The notes beneath the pieces are model-generated. The model did no database searches and was not told the origin of the DNA. It saw only the letters and a program-made list of their open reading frames with translations. Both the position numbers and the translations under genes were made by a program. 64,000 nucleotides of DNA from Sulfurihydrogenibium sp. (GTDB lineage: Bacteria; Aquificota; Aquificia; Aquificales; Hydrogenothermaceae): the NCBI GenBank assembly GCA_037442825.1, contig JBBIPN010000001.1:2325-66324 (forward strand). The letters run 5' to 3'. Below are positions 9,961 to 19,145 of this stretch, one piece after another; position 1 is the stretch's first letter; every line of letters starts with the position of its first letter.

Positions 9961-10884
9961 TTATTGAAAGTTTTCCATATCTAAATCATTATACACTTTA
10001 TATATGTTAGCATCATTAAATACATTATACATCACAAAATTTTTATAAGGAGAATTTTGGTTTATGTATGCTTTTATTTCATCTAAATATTTTCCTTCAT
10101 CTTTTAATTTTCTAACATTTTCTCTTATATAATTTAAATAATCATAAGTAAATGTTATAGCTTTTTTACCCATCGGCATATTATGAGCACCAAGAATGAT
10201 TTTAGGATTTAAAGATTCTATTTCTTTTAATACTTTTAACCAGTTTTTTGTAGAGGATCCCCTATCTCCTGCAAAAGGTATTCTGTTTATATAAACTAAA
10301 TCTCCAGCAAACAACACGTTTTCATTTTTTACAAAAACTACTATATCATTATCAGTATGGGCTGGTGTCATAGGTATTATAGAAATTTCATATTCTCCTA
10401 TTTTTAAATCTTTTTTATCTTCTATCTCAATATCAGCTGGAATAAGGACTACATTTTTATATATATTTCCAAACCTTTGATTTGAAGATTCTAAAACTAT
10501 TTTAGATTCTGGAGAGTTATAAAATTTGTTTAAATTTTTATGAGCTATTACTATAGCGCCTTCTTTTTTAAATGTAGAAGCTCCATACCAATGGTCTGGA
10601 TGATAATGTGTAATTATTAAATATTTTATTTGAAATTTTCTTTCTTTTTTTAGTAATGTTAAAAACTCTTTTGATAGTTCTGGGGTAGATAAACTGTCTA
10701 TAACTATCCAGCCTTCTTTTGTTAAAATTGCATAAGCATTTGACATAAAACCTTTATTTTTTTCAGAAGGTAAGCCATCTTCACCACGAACCATATAAAT
10801 ATTTTTATGAAACTTTATAAGTTCCATAGAAAGACTAAATTTAGTTAGAATTAGTATCAATAAAAAAAGCCTTAATGTTTTCAT
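9961..10884 (-). CDS. Periplasmic metallo-beta-lactamase-fold hydrolase (SoxH-like)
   Basis: Signal peptide; THYHPDHWYG, AHT, FAGDL and GAH metal ligands; located in the sox cluster. Confidence 0.8.
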   Translation of the reverse strand: MKTLRLFLLILILTKFSLSMELIKFHKNIYMVRGEDGLPSEKNKGFMSNAYAILTKEGWIVIDSLSTPELSKEFLTLLKKERKFQIKYLIITHYHPDHWYGASTFKKEGAIVIAHKNLNKFYNSPESKIVLESSNQRFGNIYKNVVLIPADIEIEDKKDLKIGEYEISIIPMTPAHTDNDIVVFVKNENVLFAGDLVYINRIPFAGDRGSSTKNWLKVLKEIESLNPKIILGAHNMPMGKKAITFTYDYLNYIRENVRKLKDEGKYLDEIKAYINQNSPYKNFVMYNVFNDANIYKVYNDLDMENFQ

Positions 10885-10895
10885 ATTTAATACCT

Positions 10896-11332
10896 CTATT
10901 TTTTAAATTTTCTCAAATCATGAACTACCATTGGTATTAATCTATATCCTTCTTCTTGAAAAACTGCAAATCCTACCACTCCAGCAGGTACAACCTCTAC
11001 AAATGGTTGTAATTTTAATTGCTCCAATCCTAAAGCTTTCATTATATTCCTACATACTTAGTTTAACTCCATATGTTTTATTAAAAAATTCTAATCTATC
11101 TACAATATCTTTATACTTATCATAGTTATCTTTTGGAAAAATTAAAACTTCTGGTCCATGAGATACTATAGCTATCTTATGTTCTTCTTACTGTTTCTGC
11201 ATCTTCTGGTTTCTCTAATGTCCAATCAAAAACTGCTTTAATTTTGTCTGGTAAGTCTACTTTAAGTTATGCTGAATAAGAATAAGAAGATATAAAAATT
11301 AACAAGATTAAAAGTTTAAATTTTTTGATCAT
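10896..11332 (-). pseudogene. Second exported DsrE-like gene, inactivated
   Basis: ATG 11332 after a strong RBS; TAA at codon 22 (11267-11269); fragments KAVFDW, KIAIVSHGPEVLIF and FVEVVPAGVVGFAVFQEEGYRLIP lie in different frames. Confidence 0.8.
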
Positions 11333-11359
11333 CTTTTTCTCCTCCCTTCATTAAAAAAA

Positions 11360-11379
11360 CCCAGGCATAAAAGCCTGGG
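11360..11379 (-). terminator. Intrinsic terminator after the porin gene
   Basis: CCCAGGC-ataaaa-GCCTGGG stem followed by a U7 tract on the minus strand. Confidence 0.8.
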
Positions 11380-11387
11380 ATATTCAT

Positions 11388-12671
11388 TTAGAATATTAAC
11401 TGTATTCCTACTCCTATATAATCTCCTGCTTTTCCATTTTGGTTTGTACCTGTATACAATGAATATGCTGATCCATTTTAATCAACGTAATGTAAATTGA
11501 GTTTTAATTTATTCTGTTTTATATACCAATTTAGCCCTACATCTGTAGTCTTAAATTTACCGTTTCCGTTTAAGCTTGAATTACTTCCTTTCCACTCACT
11601 GTATGTTATCGCTGGCTCTAAAATTGTTTTGTTTGGTAGTGTAAAGTTGTATCCTGCCCTTACATGCCATACTTTGTCTTTGTATGATAAATTTGATCTG
11701 TCATAATCTCTTTTTAATTCGTCATACTCTGTATTAAATGTAAAATCTTTGTAATTTGCAAGTATATCAAATCCTAATAGTTGATTGTTTTTAAATGAAT
11801 ATTTTGGAACATTACTCGTAAGATCAGAAGCTGTCCATACACCGCCTTTCACAGCTAATGGATAGCTGTTAGTATCTTGTGCTCTTCCTTGGTAGGAGTA
11901 GTTTACTGCTAATGTTATACCGTTTCTTTTTCCAAAGTAATTTACTTTATAACCCATTCCATATTTTTTCATCTCTGGATCACCAAGAGATAAAGCTATC
12001 CTTGCTGTGTATAGTAAGCTGTCCCCTCCTGTCCCTCCATTAAATTTGCCAGTGTTGAATATTCCAAAGTTGTAGTTTATCCCCCATTTGGATTTCTCAT
12101 CATTGTATAATCCTCCTATGTTTATACCTGTATCACGACCTGGCCCTATTCCTACTATATGTTGTCTTAGATAGAAGTTTGTTAAAGCTTTCTCAAATGA
12201 TGTTACTTCAAATCCTGCTGTTATGCTCTCTCTTCCTACTTGTGGTCTAAAGTATCCTACAGTAATGTTGGCCCAGTTTTTGTGTAAAGCGTATGTAAAG
12301 AATGCATCCCATAGATAAAATTCTTTATTATTACTATTAACACCTATTAATCCATTGTTTGATTTTGTTAAAGCAGTATGTGAGTCTAATCCTACGTTGT
12401 CATAGGCAAACCAAACTCTCCAAGATAGATTTTCTGAAATCTTTCCTTGAAATCCTACCCTAGATCTTCTTAAGAAGAAATCCACCCTGTTGTCGTATTT
12501 TGTATTGTCCTCTACTCTATCTATTGTGTAAACGCCCCAGAGTTGATTCATAAAGAAAATTTCCATTTCTCTTCCTTCACCAAAATAAAACTTTGGTGCC
12601 GCATTTGATGGTGTTGCAAGAAGTCCTGCAACAAAAAGGCTTGTTCCGATACCAAGTAAAACTTTTTTCAT
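11388..12671 (-). pseudogene. Outer-membrane porin (OprO/OprP-like anion porin) with an in-frame TAA 29 codons before the natural end
   Basis: Signal peptide; DFFLRRSRVGFQG, YLWDAF and FNTEY beta-barrel motifs; after the TAA at 11478-11480 the frame continues NGSAYSLYTGTNQNGKAGDYIGVGIQLIF*. Confidence 0.75.
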
Positions 12672-12694
12672 GTTTTTAACCTCCTATAAAATAT

Positions 12695-13327
12695 TTATTT
12701 AACAACCTCATCTATAATTTCTTTTATTTCTAAATCTAATTCTTTAAGTACTTTAATTGCTTCCACATCAAGATTTCCCATATATCTAATGAAAGTACTT
12801 GGTTTATAAGTTCCAACTACAATCTTTCCATCTTTTTCATAAATGTAAACTTTTAGTGGAAACTGTGAAGCAAGTTGTGGGTTGTTTTTTAGTATTACAG
12901 AACATTTTGATAGTTTACATACAAGGTAGATATTCATATTTTTCCAAAAGTTTTTTTCTCCTTGCTCTTCTAATCCTTTAGAAACGTGAATTATATGTAC
13001 TATCTTAAAGTTTTTATTTTCAAGTAGTGTTTGTATTGTTAGTTCTACTTCTTCTATGGATTTTGTTGTGGTTTTTTCATATATATCTGACATTTCTTCG
13101 TCTTCTGTATCTGTAGCTACTGCATTTGCAAGTGTAGATAAGAAAGATTTTTTCTCTGTGTTACTTGTAGTATTTTCTTTATTTGGCTTACTTAAACCTA
13201 TTTTTTCCTGTGGCTTTTCATCATAACCAGTTTCTAAATAATCTCCTGTTTCAAAGGATACATCTTTTATAGCACCACCACAAGAGAGTACAAAAGCAGA
13301 AAATGTTATTAAAAGTATCTTTCTCAT
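12695..13327 (-). CDS. Lipoprotein with C-terminal DUF302 domain
   Basis: Lipobox VLSC; acidic low-complexity linker; YLVCK ... PLKVYIYEKDGKIVVGTYKPS DUF302 pattern; ATGA overlap with soxB. Confidence 0.75.
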   Translation of the reverse strand: MRKILLITFSAFVLSCGGAIKDVSFETGDYLETGYDEKPQEKIGLSKPNKENTTSNTEKKSFLSTLANAVATDTEDEEMSDIYEKTTTKSIEEVELTIQTLLENKNFKIVHIIHVSKGLEEQGEKNFWKNMNIYLVCKLSKCSVILKNNPQLASQFPLKVYIYEKDGKIVVGTYKPSTFIRYMGNLDVEAIKVLKELDLEIKEIIDEVVK

Positions 13328-15057
13328 AAACATTCTCCTCTATCTGTAGGACATCCACAAACATAATCTAACACTCTTACATTTGATTTAAGTGGCGGAT
13401 TTACCTCTTTTACTCTTTTTATATAGTCTATGGTTATATCGTATACAGGTCTAAACTTCTTAGCATTTTTACCTGCTTTGTATAGATTTCCTCCCCATGA
13501 AGCTACCACGTAAGTTCTGTTCGTATCAAGGTCTTTACCATTTACCTTTATATTTGATAATCTTTGACCTGTCGGTGCTGATATTTTTATATCGTAATCT
13601 AATCCTAATGTTCTGCTCATATCTCCACCTTGTTGATAAAGTGGATTAGAGTTAAATGCATTATCTGCAACATCTTCAAGTATATTTTTAATCTGTGCTC
13701 CAGTAAGTTCAAATCTATAAACATTCGGGTATGTAATAGCTGTCATACTATAAACATCATCTACTGTTATATTATCTCCTGGTAATAACGTCGTTCCCCA
13801 TCTATAACCAGGGTTAAATACTATCTCACAGTCTGTTTCATCTTTTATTGCATCCATAATAACTCTATCAAATGTTGAGTAGAAAGTATCTCTCTTGTAC
13901 AAGATTTTTTGGGTTTTTCCAATTACTTCTGAAAGCTGTTTCTCATAAGGTTCGTAAAGTTTGTTTACTAAAGATTCTACTTCTTTATCTGGTTTTATAA
14001 AGTTTGAAGCAACTGGATAAAGTTTGTATGCAAAGTTTGTTATCTTTTTATTTTTTACTTCAAGATCAAGTCTTCCTAAATATTTTCCATGACTACCTGC
14101 TATAACTATAATTGTGTTATTTATCACAATTGGTTTTGGCGCTGGATCATGTGTATGTCCAGAAAGTATAACATCTATACCATTTACCATTTTTGCCAAT
14201 GCTTGGTCAACAGTAAATCCATCGTGAGAAAGTAAAACAACCAAATCAGCTCCTTTATTTCTTACTTCATCAACAAACTTTTGAAGTCTTTCTGGTTGTA
14301 TACCAAATGTCCATCCTTCTGTAAAATCTCTTGGGTTTGCTATAGGTGTGTAAGGAAAAGAGTTTCCAATAACTGCAACATTTACACCGCCAACATCTCT
14401 TATTGTGTAAGGTTTAAATATAAGTTCTCCCCACATATCATCAGCTATATTTTGAGATATAAACTCTGCTTTTAAATGTTTGTTTATAAGTTCTAAAACC
14501 TTTTCTTTTCCATATGTAAACTCCCAGTGACCTACCATAACGTCTATTCCAATAGCATTTTGAACTTCAACTATAGCTTGACCTTTTGTAAACAATCCTA
14601 TAGCTGTTCCTTGCCATGTATCTCCAGAATCCATAAATAAAACTTTATCACTACCTCTTTCAGCTTTTATCTGTTTTACTAAAGAAGATATATAAGCTAC
14701 ACCTCCCATTTTCCCATACTTCTTTGCAAGCTCTTCAAAGGCTATGTGTGTATCAAAATAAGCTCTAATCGTACTTGGTTTTATATTGTAGTATTTCATA
14801 AAAGCTTTACCACACAAAAACCCTGGAGTACCAATAAGTTCTTTCGCTGATATTAATGTTGAAGGTTCTCTCCAGTAAAGTGGTTTTAAATGAGCATGTA
14901 AATCGCATATATGGAGTAATGTCACATTTCCAACTGGCTTAAAATCAAAAAGTTTTTCTGGTTTAATATCGTTTAATTTTGCAAAAACGTTATCTGTAGT
15001 TAAAGATAATCCTGCTATAGCTGCAAGATGAAAAAGTTCTCTTCTTGATATATTCAT
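13324..15057 (-). CDS. soxB: Thiosulfohydrolase SoxB
   Basis: Tat motif SRRELF; CDLHAHL, DSGDTWQG, GHWEFT, LLSHDG and GHTHD motifs of the 5'-nucleotidase fold. Confidence 0.97.
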   Translation of the reverse strand: MNISRRELFHLAAIAGLSLTTDNVFAKLNDIKPEKLFDFKPVGNVTLLHICDLHAHLKPLYWREPSTLISAKELIGTPGFLCGKAFMKYYNIKPSTIRAYFDTHIAFEELAKKYGKMGGVAYISSLVKQIKAERGSDKVLFMDSGDTWQGTAIGLFTKGQAIVEVQNAIGIDVMVGHWEFTYGKEKVLELINKHLKAEFISQNIADDMWGELIFKPYTIRDVGGVNVAVIGNSFPYTPIANPRDFTEGWTFGIQPERLQKFVDEVRNKGADLVVLLSHDGFTVDQALAKMVNGIDVILSGHTHDPAPKPIVINNTIIVIAGSHGKYLGRLDLEVKNKKITNFAYKLYPVASNFIKPDKEVESLVNKLYEPYEKQLSEVIGKTQKILYKRDTFYSTFDRVIMDAIKDETDCEIVFNPGYRWGTTLLPGDNITVDDVYSMTAITYPNVYRFELTGAQIKNILEDVADNAFNSNPLYQQGGDMSRTLGLDYDIKISAPTGQRLSNIKVNGKDLDTNRTYVVASWGGNLYKAGKNAKKFRPVYDITIDYIKRVKEVNPPLKSNVRVLDYVCGCPTDRGECL

Positions 15058-15067
15058 TTTTGCCTCC

Positions 15068-15871
15068 TTATCTGACTAAACCCGGTGCTTCAATAGTTGC
15101 CCCATTTGATAAAGAAGTTACATATAACTCTAAGGCTACCATCTCTTTAGAACCTAATGGTAATACTTTCGTACTTGCTTGACTCATACATTGTTGAAAT
15201 CTTTGTTCTATTGTAAATACTTCACTTTTTGTCATTCTATAACCTGGCCAATGGGCTGCTGCTGTAGTACCTTTTAGACCATTATACTCATGACCTAAAG
15301 GATTGAGTTTCTGCATTCTTAAAACCATTCCAGCTGCGTTTTCATGACAGACAGCACAAGAAAGGTTTCTTTTTCCTCTTTTCAATTCAAAAACATATCT
15401 ACCATAGTTATAGTACTCTTTAACAACTGGGTTGGAAGAGGTATCAACATTTATTTTTTCACCGGAAGCTATATACTTCAAGTAAGTCACCAATGCTGTA
15501 TTCTCTTTGCTTTTTAAATTAAATGGTTTATCAACACCTTGATACAACTTTTGACACATCTGAATTCTCTGTTGAAGAGAGATAACAGCATTTAGTTTTT
15601 CATTGTATTTTGGATATGTTCCTACAGCTTTTTTAAGTTTATCTTCACTATGACAAGATACACATGATTTATTTGAGCTTCCCATAGGTTTATTAAAAAG
15701 CGCTCCACCAACTTCCTGTGCAAAAACTTCACCTGGATTGATACCTGATTGGTATAATTTTAAATCTTCTTCTGATATAGCTTGTCCAGCTTCTTCTGAT
15801 ATTGCTTTTATAGTAAATGATGTTATTAATACTAAAGTACCAAAAAGCAAGACTTTACCCTTTAATTTCAT
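15068..15871 (-). CDS. soxA: Sulfur oxidation c-type cytochrome SoxA (dihaem type)
   Basis: Two CxxCH motifs (CVSCH, CAVCH); HWPGYR and RFQQC axial-Cys region; ATG at 15871 follows GGAGGT. Confidence 0.95.
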   Translation of the reverse strand: MKLKGKVLLFGTLVLITSFTIKAISEEAGQAISEEDLKLYQSGINPGEVFAQEVGGALFNKPMGSSNKSCVSCHSEDKLKKAVGTYPKYNEKLNAVISLQQRIQMCQKLYQGVDKPFNLKSKENTALVTYLKYIASGEKINVDTSSNPVVKEYYNYGRYVFELKRGKRNLSCAVCHENAAGMVLRMQKLNPLGHEYNGLKGTTAAAHWPGYRMTKSEVFTIEQRFQQCMSQASTKVLPLGSKEMVALELYVTSLSNGATIEAPGLVR

Positions 15872-15902
15872 GGCAATGTTTACCTCCGTTTGTTTTTTCA
15901 AG

Positions 15903-15926
15903 AAAAAGGGCCTATAAGCCCTTTTT
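15903..15926 (-). terminator. Terminator-like hairpin between soxZ and soxA
   Basis: AAAAAGGGC-ctataa-GCCCTTTTT, perfect 9-bp stem with a U-tract. Confidence 0.7.
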
Positions 15927-15933
15927 AGATTAA

Positions 15934-16260
15934 CTAAAACTGAATGTTTATTATTTTCTCTGTAATGTCTCCTTGATTATCTTTCCAAACAATTTTAATT
16001 GGTTCTGCTTTTGTCAACTTAACATTAAAAGAAATAAACGGGTTTGCACTTACTGAACCAGAAAGTTTCATGGTAGTTATTTTTTCATTACCATAGTAAA
16101 CTTCTACATCTGTTATATGGTAAGCAGCTATATATTTTCCAGATTCTTTATCCTTTACAAGTTCAGTATCCATAGGATGCATAATAACGCTGTCAATCCT
16201 AACTATATCATCTTTCTTGTATTCTCTTGGATTAATTTTAACCATAGCTTGTTTTAGCAT
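15934..16260 (-). CDS. soxZ: Sulfur carrier subunit SoxZ
   Basis: IMHPMDT, HITDVEV, SVSANPFISF and WKDNQGD motifs; directly after soxY. Confidence 0.93.
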   Translation of the reverse strand: MLKQAMVKINPREYKKDDIVRIDSVIMHPMDTELVKDKESGKYIAAYHITDVEVYYGNEKITTMKLSGSVSANPFISFNVKLTKAEPIKIVWKDNQGDITEKIINIQF

Positions 16261-16303
16261 TTTATATCCTCCTTTTATTTATCAATTTATTTATCAATTT
16301 TTA

Positions 16304-16771
16304 TTAACCACAACCACCTATTGTTACTTTAACTGGTTTTTGAGCTTTTATAAATGTTCCGTCGTTTAGTTCTGCAACTGCTATAACGTTCATAGTCTCA
16401 GCTAATCTTATTCTTGTTGAGATGTAAGCTTTCCCATTTTGTGGAGTGAGATACACACTCATCGTGTGGGCATTATGGTTTTTATCTGCTAGTATATGGA
16501 TTGCTCTTACACTTTCAACTGGGAGCTCAATTTCAACAGTAACTGGAACAACTGCACCATTTTCTGCTATTTCTGGAGCTATAATTTTTACTTTATCTGA
16601 ATCACTTACAGATTTCCCGCCAGTGATTTCTTTTAAAACTTCCTCAAATGGTTTTTTCGGTGGTGGGTTGTCTACTAGTTGAACTGCTAAAGATTCATAA
16701 ATTAAAGAGCTTCCAAATGTTAAACTACCTACTGTTAAAGCAGCCATTTTTAAAAGTTTCCTTCTGTTCAT
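16304..16771 (-). CDS. soxY: Sulfur carrier protein SoxY
   Basis: Tat motif NRRKLL; PEIAENGAVVPV; C-terminal VKVTIGGCG swinging arm. Confidence 0.98.
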   Translation of the reverse strand: MNRRKLLKMAALTVGSLTFGSSLIYESLAVQLVDNPPPKKPFEEVLKEITGGKSVSDSDKVKIIAPEIAENGAVVPVTVEIELPVESVRAIHILADKNHNAHTMSVYLTPQNGKAYISTRIRLAETMNVIAVAELNDGTFIKAQKPVKVTIGGCG

Positions 16772-16781
16772 AAAAAACCTC

Positions 16782-17219
16782 CTAATTATTTTTCATAAAA
16801 TATTCGTTCATATCCATATTTTTATAGTTATCTGATGCGAAATAATCTAAAATTTTAAAGAAATCTTTCTCTTCCCAAGCACCAAATATAGATTTTATTT
16901 TTTTACCATCAGTTTCCAAAAAGTAAAACATAGGTGTTCCTATAAATCCATACTTTTTCCTAAACTCTATACCTTCTTTACTACATTTCCTTAATTTAAC
17001 TGGAATAAAGTCTTTATTTATCAAATCTTCCACTCTTTTACTTTCAAATACATTAAACTCCATAATATCACAGTAATGACAGGAAGGAGAATAAATGTAA
17101 ACAAGAACCAACTTATTTTCTTTCTTTGCCAAATCAAAAGCTTTCTCATAAGAAATCCAGTTTATATCAGCTTTTGCAATCCATATAAACAAAAGTAGAG
17201 GTAAAAATATTTTTCCCAT
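16782..17219 (-). CDS. Periplasmic thioredoxin-family protein (SoxW-like)
   Basis: Signal peptide; CHYC active site; GTPMFYF; located within the sox operon. Confidence 0.8.
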   Translation of the reverse strand: MGKIFLPLLLFIWIAKADINWISYEKAFDLAKKENKLVLVYIYSPSCHYCDIMEFNVFESKRVEDLINKDFIPVKLRKCSKEGIEFRKKYGFIGTPMFYFLETDGKKIKSIFGAWEEKDFFKILDYFASDNYKNMDMNEYFMKNN

Positions 17220-17223
17220 CTTT

Positions 17224-17739
17224 TTATTCCTGTGTTAGCAGATATGCTGTTAATTGGCAAACTTCTTCGTATGTTAACTGTCCTGTTGTTAGCTGAACTG
17301 TCATAATATTATAGTAAGGCACTTTTTCTAAATCTTTTGGTAATAAAACTCTTCCATCAGCTATCTTTTGATATAACCAATCAATGGTTTTTGGGTTTCC
17401 TCTATAATCTGGAGCTTTAAATAAACCATTTCTATATCCAGATAAGGATGGCCCTATATTACCACAACCTTTAGCATCTTTAACACAGTGACATGCTACA
17501 CAGTTACCTTTCTTTACTGTGTGAAAAACTTTAATACCTTTTTCTGCAAGTTTTTTTAGTGATTCTTTATCTGTTAGGTTACACTCTGGAGGAACTGCAT
17601 ATGTTCGTGACTTATCAGGTATATCTTTTAACATTGGTGTTTTTCCATCTGGTGATTCAATTCCTGCTTCATTTAAACTTAAAGCAAAAGTTAAACCTAC
17701 AGTTGAAACTACTGCCAAAAATACCTTTCTAAACTTCAT
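17224..17739 (-). CDS. soxX: Sulfur oxidation c-type cytochrome SoxX
   Basis: KGNCVACH haem motif, GNIGPSL, IMTVQ axial Met region. Confidence 0.93.
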   Translation of the reverse strand: MKFRKVFLAVVSTVGLTFALSLNEAGIESPDGKTPMLKDIPDKSRTYAVPPECNLTDKESLKKLAEKGIKVFHTVKKGNCVACHCVKDAKGCGNIGPSLSGYRNGLFKAPDYRGNPKTIDWLYQKIADGRVLLPKDLEKVPYYNIMTVQLTTGQLTYEEVCQLTAYLLTQE

Positions 17740-17775
17740 AATAACCTCCCACTATTTTTATCATCTTTATCAGTA

Positions 17776-17792
17776 AGCAAATTTTATGCCAA
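17776..17792 (-). promoter_or_regulatory. sigma54 (-24/-12) promoter of the sox operon
   Basis: Minus strand TTGGCATAAAATTTGCT: GG and GC separated by exactly 10 nt, 37 nt upstream of the soxX ATG. Confidence 0.85.
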
Positions 17793-17834
17793 TTTTTAGG
17801 AGGCTATTTATAGTACTTCTCAAATAATAAACTA

Positions 17835-17869
17835 TCCAAAATGGAACAGTGTTGTCCAAAATGGAACAG
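17835..17869 (-). promoter_or_regulatory. Tandem enhancer (UAS) sites for a sigma54 activator
   Basis: Exact 15-bp direct repeat TCCAAAATGGAACAG at 17835 and 17855 (20-bp period); minus strand reads TGT-tccattttgg-ACA and TGT-tccattttgg-ATA. Confidence 0.7.
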
Positions 17870-17870
17870 C

Positions 17871-19145
17871 TTAACCAAACATCTCTCTCCATAAACCTTT
17901 TGCCCACTCTTTATATCTTTTTACAGATGATTCTTTTCTTACATTATCTTCTCTATGAATAGGTGTAACTGTCTTAGTTACTCTGTCCAACTTAAATGCT
18001 GTTTCTGACATAATAGCTTCTTTATCACTTACCATTGAATAACATATAACCATTAAAAGCTCTTCCTGTCTTGTCTTTTTACCTGTTATTCTTTCATTTA
18101 TAATACTTGCAACTACTTTACCTTGCATATTAGCACCAAAACCGGATTTTGGTAAAAATGTTCTTGCAGAATCACCGATAACAAATACATTTTTAACTTC
18201 TGTTTCAAATGTAAACGTATCTACTTCTATCCATTTCTGTCTATTTTTTAATAAACCTATTTTATAAAGTAAATTTGAAGCTTTCATAGGTGGAATTATA
18301 TTAGCTATATCAAATTTAAAATCTCCATTTGTCGTTTTTACTAATTTTTTAGTTGGATCTATCTCTTTAATAGATGTTCCTGTTATATAATCTGCATAAC
18401 CTTTATACAACTCATAGTAAGCTTTCATAAAACCTTCAGAGTTTACTATAGGTCTTTCATTTTCATCAATAAAATATAAATGTGCTTTCAGATTTCTTGA
18501 TTTTAGATAGTTTAGTAACAATGCAGCCCTTTCATAAGGAGCTGGAGGACATCTGTAAGGATAAGAAGGAACAGTTACTACAATATCTCCACCACTAAAT
18601 TCATTAATTATTTTTTTTAAAAATAGATGTTCACTACCTGGTTTAAATGCAGGCGGATAATTTATAAAAATTTCAGCCTTTGTTTCATCAACATCATAAT
18701 CTATACCTGGTGATAAAACTAAAAAGTCATAAGATACTTTGTATTTATTAGTATAAACAACCTTTTTATCAAAATCTATATTGTCCACTTCATCTTTCAA
18801 TACTTGAATGTTATGTTTTACAGTTAGGTTATTATAAGGAAAACAAAGATTAGAAAATTCCATTATATTTACTAAATATAGATTACTCATAGGACAAGAC
18901 ACAAAAAAGTCATTTTTTTCTATCAAAATAATATCTATATCTTTATTATATTTCCTTAAAGCTACTGCTGTAGTTACACCACCATAACCACCACCAACTA
19001 TAACAACCTTAGCTTTTTTTGGAGAAAGTTTACTTTCTGTAGTTTCTGATTTTACTTCATTAAACGAAAGTAAAGTTGAAGCAGAAAGTAATGCAGATGC
19101 TGTTAAAAAATCCCTCCTACTAACATTTAATTTGTTCTTTGACAT
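17871..19145 (-). CDS. Flavocytochrome c sulfide dehydrogenase flavoprotein paralogue (FccB/SoxF family)
   Basis: Tat motif SRRDFL; VVIVGGGYGG; CPMSN; YRCPPAPYER and ICYS catalytic cysteines. Confidence 0.9.
   Translation of the reverse strand: MSKNKLNVSRRDFLTASALLSASTLLSFNEVKSETTESKLSPKKAKVVIVGGGYGGVTTAVALRKYNKDIDIILIEKNDFFVSCPMSNLYLVNIMEFSNLCFPYNNLTVKHNIQVLKDEVDNIDFDKKVVYTNKYKVSYDFLVLSPGIDYDVDETKAEIFINYPPAFKPGSEHLFLKKIINEFSGGDIVVTVPSYPYRCPPAPYERAALLLNYLKSRNLKAHLYFIDENERPIVNSEGFMKAYYELYKGYADYITGTSIKEIDPTKKLVKTTNGDFKFDIANIIPPMKASNLLYKIGLLKNRQKWIEVDTFTFETEVKNVFVIGDSARTFLPKSGFGANMQGKVVASIINERITGKKTRQEELLMVICYSMVSDKEAIMSETAFKLDRVTKTVTPIHREDNVRKESSVKRYKEWAKGLWREMFG

Noticed and set aside
11267-11480. 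Programmed stop-codon recoding of the two in-frame TAA codons
   Set aside because: TAA is not a Sec/Pyl codon, it terminates most genes in this window, and the DsrE-like gene also has frameshifts; decay or read error is more likely
16274-16297. Exact 12-bp tandem duplication TTTATTTATCAA between soxY and soxZ
   Set aside because: Only two copies in AT-rich DNA; slippage is sufficient to explain it
3835-16682. Short antisense or overlapping track ORFs (3835, 4266, 4570, 7554, 9185, 10931, 11497, 12799, 14281, 16446)
   Set aside because: They lie opposite well-supported genes or pseudogenes and have no motifs or RBS; shadow ORFs
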